Virus record (IMG/VR): IMGVR_UViG_3300019874_000018
Span: 1 to 30,057 of that record
Source of the DNA: a virus
Taxonomy: Duplodnaviria; Caudoviricetes
Reading direction: 5' to 3' (one strand)
DNA: 30,057 nucleotides
The notes beneath the pieces were generated by a model that saw only the letters and a program-made list of their open reading frames with translations, was not told the origin of the DNA and ran no database searches. The position numbers were made by a program, and so were the translations under genes. Positions 15,106 to 23,640 of the stretch are shown in pieces. How positions within the stretch are numbered: the first letter of the stretch is position 1; each line of letters begins with the position of its first letter.

Positions 15106-16155
15106 ATGGCCATCCGGATCTGCCGCAACATCGAACCCGTGGGACCTCCCGAGCGCTTCGAGATCCCAGCTCACCGTGAGCTCCGTCGGCACCGCGAAAG
15201 AACACCAATGAACCAAGAAAAACTAAAAGCTGCGCTCGACGCGGTGGTGGACCTCATTCAGGACGAACTCGTCAGCGACGACCGGCAGCGATTCAACCGG
15301 ATCGGGCGCCTGACGTCGCTCTGTCAGCGGCTGCAGAAGGAGGGGAGCACCCGGGTGAAGGACTTCATGGGGGACGGTCTCATGAATGGAATGGGCGTCG
15401 TTGCCGGCGCCCAGATGGATGCCCTCGACCTCTACGAAAATGGCGTCGGCGCGTACGATATGAATGCCCAAGTGCCGTTTCCGGTGCCGCCAAACGACAC
15501 CCAGCAGATAACGCGGGAGCTGCTCGCTCAGGTCGCACCGGCAATGGCTTCTCTGAACGAGCAGAATGCGGCCAAGGCCCGCGCGTCGGAAGCCCGCGAA
15601 CTCCATGAGTTGATTCAGATTCGGGAGAACTTGAAGAATATTCGCGAGTGCGAGCCGCGCCATGTGGAAAGTCTCAACAAGCGAATCGACGAACTTTTGT
15701 CCGCGGTGTGCAAAGGAGAACAAGTAGATGCAGCAGTTCACATGGTTCCTGCCCTCGATGTACGGGGACATCAAGCTCAACCGAGTGACGTCGGAGGTAA
15801 CGAAGCTCACGCTGACCGGGCTGTCCCCGACAGAGAAGATGGCCGTGAAGGCGCTCTTCGAGAAGGCGGTGAAGCCGGGATGGCAGCAGAAGATCTGGGC
15901 GACGGAGGCGATGCTCGAGGAGGTGGACCTCGGCTCGCTCCGGGAGCAGACGGTGGACCTGAACGCTCCAATGTCGAAGGTCCAGGACTTCCTACAGAGG
16001 CAGCTGAAGCCGCACCGAAAGCAGATCTCGGCGGTCCGGTTCACGAACGGGAAGCTGGAGGAGCTGAGCGAGGCGACTCTTCAGGTGATCGACTCCTTGC
16101 CAGCCGCTCCGGTCACTTCGCCGCCGGCGACCTCATCCGCCGCGAAGGATGGTGA
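15106..16155 (+). CDS. helical hypothetical protein with long overprinted tail
   Basis: Start at 15106 or 15208. Helical core to about 15720, then 428-nt overlap with the next gene. Confidence 0.7.
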   Translation: MAIRICRNIEPVGPPERFEIPAHRELRRHRERTPMNQEKLKAALDAVVDLIQDELVSDDRQRFNRIGRLTSLCQRLQKEGSTRVKDFMGDGLMNGMGVVAGAQMDALDLYENGVGAYDMNAQVPFPVPPNDTQQITRELLAQVAPAMASLNEQNAAKARASEARELHELIQIRENLKNIRECEPRHVESLNKRIDELLSAVCKGEQVDAAVHMVPALDVRGHQAQPSDVGGNEAHADRAVPDREDGREGALREGGEAGMAAEDLGDGGDARGGGPRLAPGADGGPERSNVEGPGLPTEAAEAAPKADLGGPVHEREAGGAERGDSSGDRLLASRSGHFAAGDLIRREGW

Positions 16156-16579
16156 GGAGGAAGCGACGAAGCGTAATCCCAAACCGAAACCGGTCCCCGC
16201 GGTCGCCGTGACCGTGGCGCAGCCGGTGCTCGGTTGCCCCGCTCCGGAGTTCGACGAGGTCGACCTCCGGGCGAACCGGGTGCTCGCTGCGTTCCTCGAG
16301 CCCGACCAGGTAGAGGACTTCAACCGGTACCAGCAGTTCGTGGCGGTCGGGGCCGACACGGGGCACCGGTACATGTTGAGCTCCCGCTCGTGCAAGCGGG
16401 CGCTCTCGAAGCACTCATCGTTCCGGTCCCTCTTCGATCTCGACGAAGAGAGAGCGCTCTGCGTGCACGATTGGGAGGTCCCGGAGGGGGAAGAGCTCCT
16501 GGGGCTCTTCGTTCATATCTCGCTCCCAGATCTCGAGCAGTACGTCCGCGGCATACCGGCGATGGGTGTCTACGAATGA
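15728..16579 (+). CDS. two-domain hypothetical protein
   Basis: RBS AAAGGAG. C-terminal A.RVL..FL...Q...F...G.DTG.RY...LC.H..VP.GE.LL domain typical of uncharacterised phage proteins. Confidence 0.8.
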   Translation: MQQFTWFLPSMYGDIKLNRVTSEVTKLTLTGLSPTEKMAVKALFEKAVKPGWQQKIWATEAMLEEVDLGSLREQTVDLNAPMSKVQDFLQRQLKPHRKQISAVRFTNGKLEELSEATLQVIDSLPAAPVTSPPATSSAAKDGEEEATKRNPKPKPVPAVAVTVAQPVLGCPAPEFDEVDLRANRVLAAFLEPDQVEDFNRYQQFVAVGADTGHRYMLSSRSCKRALSKHSSFRSLFDLDEERALCVHDWEVPEGEELLGLFVHISLPDLEQYVRGIPAMGVYE

Positions 16580-17247
16580 GCCTAGAGACGCAGCGCCTAC
16601 TCGTGAAGGGCATCCTGGAGAACGCGGACCGGTTTGATTGGTCCATTCAGGGATTCGGGATGCTCCGCATGTACCTCTCGAAGGAGGTGCGGCTTCACAT
16701 CTGGAATCCGGCGTTCGTGGTGTCGAACGTGTCGACGGTCCATGACCACCCCTGGTCCTTCAGGTCGGATGTGATCTGCGGCACCATCTGGAACCAACGC
16801 TACACGGTGCACCGCCGCGGTGAAGACGGACGAATGCGCGACGATCCTCCGTATCCGATTCAGGCTACATACGAGCCTGCGGAGGACACGGATCTCTGCG
16901 TCGTGATCCGGTGCGGTACGGGCGGTGGCATCGACAAGGCCTGCAACGCCGGAAATCCCGAACCTCGTACGCTCATCCCGTGGAACCTGCAGACCTACGG
17001 AGCAGGGACGTCGTACGACCAGATGGCGTCCGATGTCCATGAGACCCGGGCGCAGGGCGGCACTGTGACGCTCGTCACTCGGGTGTTCAACGAGGACACG
17101 GAGCACGCGCGGGTCTTCTTCCCGCTCGGGACCGAATGGGTGAGCGCGGAGCCGCGCCGTGCGACGCCTGCGGAAAGGGCGTCCTTCGTTCTGCCGGCGC
17201 TGTCGCTCCTCATGAAGGAGCAGCTGGCGTCTGATGGGAAGCCATGA
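16576..17247 (+). CDS. cupin / cysteine-dioxygenase-like protein
   Basis: VRLHIW...VHDHPWSFRSDVICG...Y....DVHET...TVTLV (3-His metal site). ATGA start. Confidence 0.75.
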   Translation: MSLETQRLLVKGILENADRFDWSIQGFGMLRMYLSKEVRLHIWNPAFVVSNVSTVHDHPWSFRSDVICGTIWNQRYTVHRRGEDGRMRDDPPYPIQATYEPAEDTDLCVVIRCGTGGGIDKACNAGNPEPRTLIPWNLQTYGAGTSYDQMASDVHETRAQGGTVTLVTRVFNEDTEHARVFFPLGTEWVSAEPRRATPAERASFVLPALSLLMKEQLASDGKP

Positions 17248-17474
17248 TCGAGACGAAGCCGTGGCCGGACAACGAGGAGGTAAAGAGCTTCCCCGCGAAC
17301 GCCGTAACAGTCGAACTCACGCAGGACGAAGTCCTTCAGGCACTGGCTACGTACGTAGGAAACGCGCGCGGCGACAAGTTCCCGGCAACCGCATGGATTC
17401 AGTACAGGAACACACCCGGGAAAACGACCATCAGGCTGACGTACTGGTGTCACAAAGAGGAGTCACAGTCATGA
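17244..17474 (+). CDS. small hypothetical protein
   Basis: ATGA overlaps at both ends. Confidence 0.7.
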   Translation: MIETKPWPDNEEVKSFPANAVTVELTQDEVLQALATYVGNARGDKFPATAWIQYRNTPGKTTIRLTYWCHKEESQS

Positions 17475-17899
17475 GCGCGCTCGACATGGGAATCACCGCT
17501 CCGTGCCCGTTCTGTGGCTGCAGAGACGCTCCGGATATCGTGGAGGATGGGAGCGAGGTCTACGCCTTCTGTGAGGACTGCCTCGCACAGGGCCCTCCGA
17601 CCCGTATCGGATGTCGCGACGAGGACGAGGATGGTCCCTTTGATCTCGAGAAGGAGGCGCTCGAACTCTGGAACGACCGGGGTCCCAAAGCGGTCACTGT
17701 CGAGGCGGTCTACGACCTCTGCCCTGCGCTCGAGGCCTCCCTCGCGGCACTCGAGTCCAAGGAACCGACCGTCCGCGCGGTGCGCGAGAAGCTCGAAGCG
17801 GCCATAACGAACATCGGCGACCGAGCGAAGCGGTTGAAGGTAGACCTGACGCCGAAGGAGCTTGCGCTCTTCGAGAAACGGAAGCGACCAGATGGTTGA
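17471..17899 (+). CDS. Lar-family (restriction alleviation) zinc-ribbon protein with helical extension
   Basis: PCPFCG...CEDCLAQGP...EALELWNDR. Confidence 0.75.
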   Translation: MSALDMGITAPCPFCGCRDAPDIVEDGSEVYAFCEDCLAQGPPTRIGCRDEDEDGPFDLEKEALELWNDRGPKAVTVEAVYDLCPALEASLAALESKEPTVRAVREKLEAAITNIGDRAKRLKVDLTPKELALFEKRKRPDG

Positions 17900-18218
17900 A
17901 CGTCGCCTCACGTTTCACGTAACGAACTCGAAGCTGCAGCCCGATGGCCGGTACGGGCAAGAACTATTGCTGGACGAATTCAGCGTCCGCGGCGCTGCTG
18001 TGGATCCAACAACCGTTCAGGTGGGCGCCACCTTTCAGAAGGTCACCCGTTTAGAGGGAACCGACAACACGGAACGATGGGGGTTTGCTGGTCCGTATCG
18101 GACATGGACGCCTGGTACGACCCTCAGTTTCGAGGGAAAGACAGTACAGAAATCCGTGAGAATTACCTTTAAGGCCCTCCCGAAAAATCTCAACTGGGAC
18201 ATCCCGGTGTCAAAATGA
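17892..18218 (+). CDS. hypothetical protein, lower GC
   Basis: ATG 17892, ATGA overlap downstream. Sampled 60-mers are 48-55% GC. Confidence 0.65.
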   Translation: MVERRLTFHVTNSKLQPDGRYGQELLLDEFSVRGAAVDPTTVQVGATFQKVTRLEGTDNTERWGFAGPYRTWTPGTTLSFEGKTVQKSVRITFKALPKNLNWDIPVSK

Positions 18219-18661
18219 ACGAACTCGCCGAAGTGTTGGACACCCTGAAGCCGCCGCCGCCGCCGACCCAGAAGAAGAGTTGGATCCACGCACTCCCGCA
18301 CGAGTGGCTCAGACTCGAGGAGCACGAGGGGAACTGCGACGAGCTGCCGTCCTGGTTGACGCCGAAGACGGGCTGCCCGAAGTGCGGCGCGGCATGGCTT
18401 TCGGTGGGGCAGGTTGCATTCGGCAGTACCTGCCACCGGGGAAGGCTCGGTCCCAGGCTCGAGGTCCTCCAGATCGGGCACATCGAGCCCCCGATGGCGG
18501 TGCGGCTCGAATGCGGCGGCGGTCACCTGGTGGAGTTCGATGGGCAGCTGCTCACGGTGATCGAGCCCCTTGGCGCAAGACTGTTGACCTTAGGCATTAT
18601 GGGTATTGTCGGCATGGCTTTCTATGGAAGAGCGTTTGTCGCAACGGAGCGTCCCCAATGA
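18215..18661 (+). CDS. zinc-ribbon protein with hydrophobic C-terminus
   Basis: CPKCG...CGGGH. LLTLGIMGIVGMAFY tail. ATGA overlaps. Confidence 0.65.
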   Translation: MNELAEVLDTLKPPPPPTQKKSWIHALPHEWLRLEEHEGNCDELPSWLTPKTGCPKCGAAWLSVGQVAFGSTCHRGRLGPRLEVLQIGHIEPPMAVRLECGGGHLVEFDGQLLTVIEPLGARLLTLGIMGIVGMAFYGRAFVATERPQ

Positions 18662-18927
18662 AAAGCGGCGCCCTCGACGCGCTCCTTGGTGAGCTGCGGA
18701 CCAGCGAGATCGACTTCTTCAGTCCTAGCGCCGTCGAGCGCTGGATAGAGAGAGCTTTCGCTGCTGGCAAGCAGGTGGCGTTCTCAGCAGCGCTTCACGA
18801 GTGCGACGCGGAGGTCAAGCGGTACGCCATCTCGATGCCTCAATACGATGCCGCGCTGATGATCGCGCAAGCCGTCGAGCGTCGCTGGAAACTCGACGTG
18901 AATACGGGCCGACTGAGGGATTTATGA
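18658..18927 (+). CDS. hypothetical protein
   Basis: RBS GGAG, ATGA overlaps (MKSGALDALL...). Confidence 0.7.
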   Translation: MKSGALDALLGELRTSEIDFFSPSAVERWIERAFAAGKQVAFSAALHECDAEVKRYAISMPQYDAALMIAQAVERRWKLDVNTGRLRDL

Positions 18928-19196
18928 CGCACATCGACGACTGGGTCTACAACCACAGCAACCCGTCCTACCCGCGGTGGCTCTTCCTCCACTTCCGGCT
19001 TCCAGCCCACCTGCAGCCGCTCGCCAGAGAATTCATTCAGACGAAGCTCTTCTGCAAGTACAAGGAGAAGCCCTACCGAGTGACCGGCGCGGGCCGGTTC
19101 GGGGAGATCTGGCTGACCGAGGACTTCGAACAGGAGACAGGGTACCAGCTCACGGCCGACGTGGACGAGTGCTCGGACTGGAGCGACCATGTCTGA
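18924..19196 (+). CDS. conserved-looking phage hypothetical protein
   Basis: MTHIDDW...KLFCKYKEKPYRVTGAGRFGEIWLTEDF. RBS GAGG. Confidence 0.75.
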   Translation: MTHIDDWVYNHSNPSYPRWLFLHFRLPAHLQPLAREFIQTKLFCKYKEKPYRVTGAGRFGEIWLTEDFEQETGYQLTADVDECSDWSDHV

Positions 19197-19377
19197 GGTG
19201 TGTGGGCATCCGGCAGCGGCATGCCACGAAGGCCCCCGCGCGCCGGCTCGCTGGGGCTCGTGGCCGACGGAGGTCTGCGAGCTCTGCGGGTACTACCGGC
19301 TGAACCTGCCGAATGTGAGACCGAGACCACAATGGGAGAAAGGACCGGTACCTAAGCGTGACGACTATGACGAGTAA
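19189..19377 (+). CDS. small zinc-binding protein
   Basis: CGH...CELCG. RBS GGAG. Confidence 0.65.
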   Translation: MSEVCGHPAAACHEGPRAPARWGSWPTEVCELCGYYRLNLPNVRPRPQWEKGPVPKRDDYDE

Positions 19378-19918
19378 CGCAGAATCGAAAGCCTGGCTCG
19401 TGGAAGATCCGTTCGACGACGAGAATCGGATGGTCGTCGTGCACGGGGCAACGCGGGGCGTGGCGAAGAAGATTGGGCTCGCCGAGCTGAGCGAGTTCGG
19501 GTACCCGGAGTGGACTGACCTGCGTGTCACTCGCGCCCCGAGCTTCGACGGGATCTACGGCGACGCTCTCACACGCGCCCAGCTCGCCGCCGGCTGGTAC
19601 CACGGATGCTACACATGCCGAGAGCATGTGCGGTCCGAGGTGGTGCCGGGTGAAGTATACGACGAGGGACACCTGTCGGCTCCGTACGTGCTTCGCGATG
19701 AGACTGTCTACTGCTCCGTGAAGTGCTGCATCGAGGAGCTCCAGCGGCAGCGCCGGGTGCTCATTGAGAAGTGGGAGGCCATCGAGAAGGCAACCCAGGT
19801 GTGGCCCGACGTTCCGGTGATCGATTGCTACAAGAACTCGCACGGGTACGTGGCTCAGCTGCAGCGCCCGGAGAACGACTATCCGACGACCGAGTGGGCG
19901 CCGCTGGAGACTCCATGA
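19367..19918 (+). CDS. phage hypothetical protein with CxxC motifs
   Basis: VVVHGATRGVAK...RAPSFD...AGWYHGCYTC...YCSVKC. Start at 19358 or 19367. Confidence 0.78.
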   Translation: MTSNAESKAWLVEDPFDDENRMVVVHGATRGVAKKIGLAELSEFGYPEWTDLRVTRAPSFDGIYGDALTRAQLAAGWYHGCYTCREHVRSEVVPGEVYDEGHLSAPYVLRDETVYCSVKCCIEELQRQRRVLIEKWEAIEKATQVWPDVPVIDCYKNSHGYVAQLQRPENDYPTTEWAPLETP

Positions 19919-20253
19919 GCAAGAAGAGAAGAGAGACGCCGGTCTTCAGGGAGCGGAAGCATGGGTGGATCCGTTTTCACGAAGGGGTGAGCCCCATCGA
20001 CGGAAGGCCTGACGGCTGGTCGATGCCCGATCCAGAGTACGGACCGCTCGGCGAGGCCGCGCACACGGCGCGGTACTCTCTGGCCAATCTGACTCAGACT
20101 CAGGCTTACCTGCTCTGTTCGGCCTTCGAGACGTACCACCACCTGATGACCCATCCGAGCGGCACGGAGTACGCCGTGCATCAGCTCCGGGCGATGAGAC
20201 GTGCTCTCGACGCCGAAGAGGTGGACACCACTCCGGAGAAGAAAACCGCATGA
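19915..20253 (+). CDS. hypothetical protein
   Basis: RBS GGAG, ATGA overlaps. Confidence 0.72.
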   Translation: MSKKRRETPVFRERKHGWIRFHEGVSPIDGRPDGWSMPDPEYGPLGEAAHTARYSLANLTQTQAYLLCSAFETYHHLMTHPSGTEYAVHQLRAMRRALDAEEVDTTPEKKTA

Positions 20254-20489
20254 GCGACGATTCGTCCCGTGAGGAGCGTCTGGCTGCGCGTAAAGCGAGG
20301 GAGCTGGCGAAGGTCTGTGCCCTCTGCAAGCTCCCGAGCCCTCGGGGCGAGGCGCACAAATGCCCGCACGGAAACCAGTGCCGTCATCGGTCGGATTGGA
20401 AGAGCCCCGAGTGCGACGAGTGCTGTCATCCGCTTCGACGGCACATCCCCAAGTACCACCAGAAATATTTCGCCAAGGACTTCGAGTGA
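20250..20489 (+). CDS. small Cys/His-rich protein
   Basis: CALC...HKCPHG.QC...CDEC. Coupled overlaps. Confidence 0.7.
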   Translation: MSDDSSREERLAARKARELAKVCALCKLPSPRGEAHKCPHGNQCRHRSDWKSPECDECCHPLRRHIPKYHQKYFAKDFE

Positions 20490-20812
20490 AGGACGACGAG
20501 GTGACCGCTCTTGTCGCTCCGCAGCCAGCGGAAGCATTTCCGGATCTCGGACTCAAGCTCCTTGGCCACTGCATTTTGTGCGGCGGTCCCTGCTACGGCG
20601 AGGGATCACAGATCCATACCGAGGCCTGCGCGCAGTTCAGGGAGCAGTTCGAGACTCTGCGGGCCCTGCAGCTCGTGGAGTGCACGTTGTGGGGAGGAGA
20701 AGTGGACATCCGTTGCTCGGTGTGCGGGCGCGCCTGGTTCAAGGGCGAGGCGGAATGTCATCGCATTGGGTGCATCGCCGGCCCATTCGCGAAAAAGGAA
20801 GTAGCGCCATGA
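20486..20812 (+). CDS. double zinc-finger-like protein
   Basis: CILCG...HTEAC and CSVCG...HRIGC. GTGA start. Confidence 0.7.
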   Translation: MKDDEVTALVAPQPAEAFPDLGLKLLGHCILCGGPCYGEGSQIHTEACAQFREQFETLRALQLVECTLWGGEVDIRCSVCGRAWFKGEAECHRIGCIAGPFAKKEVAP

Positions 20813-21018
20813 ACGACGAAACTGGACTCCAGCCAATGACATTTGATCCGTTGCCCAACCCGTGGCGCGACTGCCTGCCGAGGTGCCACGCAGGTGGGGG
20901 CTGCAAGAAGATCGGCGTGAAGTGGGTGGCGCGGCACATCCTCTACTGCGACGACCACGGAGGAGCGTGGCTTCTGGACGCTCCATGGGCGAAGCTGGCG
21001 AGGGCGGAAGGCGTATGA
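20809..21018 (+). CDS. small Cys-rich protein
   Basis: RBS AAGGA. C....C...YCDDH. Confidence 0.65.
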   Translation: MNDETGLQPMTFDPLPNPWRDCLPRCHAGGGCKKIGVKWVARHILYCDDHGGAWLLDAPWAKLARAEGV

Positions 21019-21305
21019 CGCTCACCGATGCGAACGGATTCCTCTCGTTCATCTTGAACGTCGCCGGCAACATGATGCTCGCCTGGAAGTGGAGGAGCGG
21101 CTGGGTGGTCCGCATCGTCGCGATCGTGTCGTGGGGACTCTACGGTCTTCAGATCCGAAGCAACCCCATCATGCTCAACGCGGTCACCTTCTTCTGCATC
21201 AACTGCTACGGCTGGTGGAAGTGGAGGAAGGAAGAAAAGCTGAAGGCGGAGAAGAAGCCTTCGGAGTACGAGAAGTGGTTCGAGGAACAACGGAGGTCGG
21301 CTTAG
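21015..21305 (+). CDS. half-size PnuC-like (nicotinamide riboside transporter-like) membrane protein
   Basis: Three TM helices. LAWKWRSGW...W..YG...INCYGWWKWRK pattern. Confidence 0.72.
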   Translation: MTLTDANGFLSFILNVAGNMMLAWKWRSGWVVRIVAIVSWGLYGLQIRSNPIMLNAVTFFCINCYGWWKWRKEEKLKAEKKPSEYEKWFEEQRRSA

Positions 21306-21602
21306 ATGGCAATCGCGGATGAATTCACGACGGGTCTCTATCGGCACTACAAAGGCGGGCTGTACACGGCCATCGCGCTCGTGACGCACCACGAGACGAG
21401 GAAGCCGATGGTCCTCTACGTGTCGCACACGTACGGCGGGATGAACGTCCGACCGCTCTATGGGTGGAGAGGGGATCCTGACGGGTGGGCGGACCTGATA
21501 GACCCGTCGTTGCTCGATCCGGACCAGCCTCGCGGACACACGATGCCTCGATTCACGTACGTCGGCCCGCTCCCGAGCGACACGCCGGTCACGAAGCGAT
21601 GA
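21306..21602 (+). CDS. DUF1653-family protein
   Basis: GLYRHYKGGLY...HHET.KPMVLY...VRP...RF. Confidence 0.88.
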   Translation: MAIADEFTTGLYRHYKGGLYTAIALVTHHETRKPMVLYVSHTYGGMNVRPLYGWRGDPDGWADLIDPSLLDPDQPRGHTMPRFTYVGPLPSDTPVTKR

Positions 21603-21790
21603 AGAATCCCGTCAACTGGTCCCTGATCGAGGCGCTGATGGGGCTTGCGATCCGTGGAGGGCAACTATCGAAGGAAGCGCACTCGGAGCTGCAGCGAGCC
21701 CATGCCCGTCACCCGGCGAAGTACAGCGAACTCCACAAGTCCGTGAAGAAGGTCGAGATGGACAGAATGGCCATGAGGGATCCGAAATGA
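21599..21790 (+). CDS. small hypothetical protein
   Basis: ATGA overlaps at both ends. Confidence 0.65.
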   Translation: MKNPVNWSLIEALMGLAIRGGQLSKEAHSELQRAHARHPAKYSELHKSVKKVEMDRMAMRDPK

Positions 21791-22533
21791 GCTCCACAAA
21801 TCGCGGCGCCGAACGTGAGGAGGAGGACCAGTACTTCTCGAGGTATCCGGTCGCGCTCGGCATCTGTGAGGCCCTGAAAGGATACGGAGTCGCGGCTGCG
21901 GGGAAGCTCCTGGAGCCGTCGGCAGGGACCGGCGCGTTCGTGAGCACGGCCGCGGAGGTGTGGGAGCCGACCACGCTCGTCTGGAACGACATCAACACGA
22001 AGCTCATCCTGCCAGAGCACGAACAGCGAGCCCGTGGCTTCACCGAAAACCTGGTGAGTCTAGAGTCCGACTTCCTGCTCATGCCTTCGACGGGCGACTA
22101 CGATCTTGTCGTAGGAAATCCGCCGTACTCGGAAGCAGAGAAACACGTCCGGAAAGCCCTCACGATGATCCATGAGGACGGTTTCGTGGCGTTCTTGCTG
22201 CGCGTAAACTTTCTCGCCGGCATTGAGCGCACGGCTGGGCTTTGGGCTGAGCATCCCCACGAATTCATGGGCGTGCTCGATAAGCGTCCGAAATTCGTGG
22301 ACGGATACCGCATCAACAAGAAGGGGAAGAGGGTCAAGAAGGGAACAGACTCGTGCGAGTACGCGGTCTTCGTCTGGAGAAAGGAGCGTCCGGAGTACGA
22401 ACCGGTGACGCGCTGGATCCAGTGGTCGAAGTACGAGAAGCGATTCAAGAACACGGTCGCGCGCATCGAAGTGACCGCAAAAGTGGACACGCCGCCGAAA
22501 CTCGTGGCAGGTTCACGAGCTCGAAGGAGCTGA
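21787..22533 (+). CDS. orphan DNA amino-methyltransferase (N6-adenine-type)
   Basis: Motif I LLEPSAGTGAF, motif IV YDLVVGNPPY, VAFLLRVNFL, RPKF...GTDSCEYAVFVW. Confidence 0.88.
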   Translation: MSSTNRGAEREEEDQYFSRYPVALGICEALKGYGVAAAGKLLEPSAGTGAFVSTAAEVWEPTTLVWNDINTKLILPEHEQRARGFTENLVSLESDFLLMPSTGDYDLVVGNPPYSEAEKHVRKALTMIHEDGFVAFLLRVNFLAGIERTAGLWAEHPHEFMGVLDKRPKFVDGYRINKKGKRVKKGTDSCEYAVFVWRKERPEYEPVTRWIQWSKYEKRFKNTVARIEVTAKVDTPPKLVAGSRARRS

Positions 22534-22536
22534 CAC

Positions 22537-23397
22537 ATGAAACGATTCACGATTCTCCTGCTCACACTCGCGACGCTGTTCGGAGCGGTCGGGGCTGACG
22601 CTGATACGTCGGGTCTCGCTCGCTGGCTCTACTCCATCGCTGAGAAAATGCCGCATTCTGCGGCCCCCGGGGAGACGAGGGAGCAGTATCTCGAGCGGCT
22701 CTCTGGCATGACGAAGTCCGTCGCCGTCGCGATGAAACCTTACGCAAACGGGCAGGGCTGGACGACGACAGAGCTCGCGCTCGCCGAGCTCGAGCTCTGG
22801 AACGCCGAGACGCTCTTCGATCAGAGGATCCATGCTGGCCTCGAGCATCCCAAGTGGACGCAGGACAGCGGTCGGGCGAAGTGCATGGGACAGATCCATG
22901 TCTCGCTCCTCGTGCCTCAGGACCAATGGGAGAAGCTCGTGGGCACGGACGAGGGCGCGACTCAGATGTGCGCGGATGCGACGGCCCGGGTGCTCGTCGC
23001 GCAGGCGCGAAACTGCGGCGTGTGGGCGGGTCAGCGCGCGGACAGGAACAAGGTGGCCAAGGTCTTCGCGGCATACGCGAGCGGCGGCGCCTGCGTGCCG
23101 CAGGAGCGGGACTACGCGCGAGCCGACAAGTGGAACTCGTTCATCGCTCGGCGCCCAGATCGGAGTCCGATTCGTGGCTTCCGCCGCGCGGGCCCCAGGG
23201 AGCTCACAGCGGAGGCGATCGAGGAGGCGCGCCGGATGGCTGCAGATCTAGGCAAGGAACCGAGTGTGCATGTGGGCAGCATGTCGCTCGAGTTCGGTTC
23301 TGGGCCGGAGAAGTACCAGCTTCTGGTGGAGAAACACGCCGACAATAAGGTCGGCGTGAGTGTCTTCCTGAGGGAAGCGACTCAGGCGGGGCGATAG
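22537..23397 (+). CDS. secreted lytic-transglycosylase (SLT)-like protein with extra C-terminal domain
   Basis: Signal peptide MKRFTILLLTLATLFGAVGA. NAETLF (catalytic Glu candidate), DSGRAKCMGQI, AAYASG. Confidence 0.65.
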   Translation: MKRFTILLLTLATLFGAVGADADTSGLARWLYSIAEKMPHSAAPGETREQYLERLSGMTKSVAVAMKPYANGQGWTTTELALAELELWNAETLFDQRIHAGLEHPKWTQDSGRAKCMGQIHVSLLVPQDQWEKLVGTDEGATQMCADATARVLVAQARNCGVWAGQRADRNKVAKVFAAYASGGACVPQERDYARADKWNSFIARRPDRSPIRGFRRAGPRELTAEAIEEARRMAADLGKEPSVHVGSMSLEFGSGPEKYQLLVEKHADNKVGVSVFLREATQAGR

Positions 23398-23400
23398 GGG

Positions 23401-23640
23401 ATGAAACGACTCGAACAGTTGAATCAAGAGGTCACCGTTGCGATCTTGAACGCGGAGACCGTCGATCGAGATCTGGAGCGGTGTCGTCTCCGTGCGGTCG
23501 AGCTTTGGGAAAGAGTTCTGAATGCGGAGCAGGCGCTCGTGGATTGTCTCCCGGTAGGAGCAACCATGGAGCGGGATATCGCGGAACGCGGAGTCACCTC
23601 AGCCAGAGAGAGGTTGGAAGAGCTCCGTCACGCGGGCTGA
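23401..23640 (+). CDS. small helical hypothetical protein
   Basis: ATG 3 nt after the previous stop. Helical pattern. Confidence 0.7.
   Translation: MKRLEQLNQEVTVAILNAETVDRDLERCRLRAVELWERVLNAEQALVDCLPVGATMERDIAERGVTSARERLEELRHAG

Noticed and set aside
18584-18609. TTGACC...TATTGT as an internal promoter
   Set aside because: The spacer is only 14 nt, and the AT-richness fits hydrophobic codons.
21787-22533. Complete type II restriction-modification system
   Set aside because: No endonuclease is adjacent. The nuclease-like gene is 9 kb away on the other arm.
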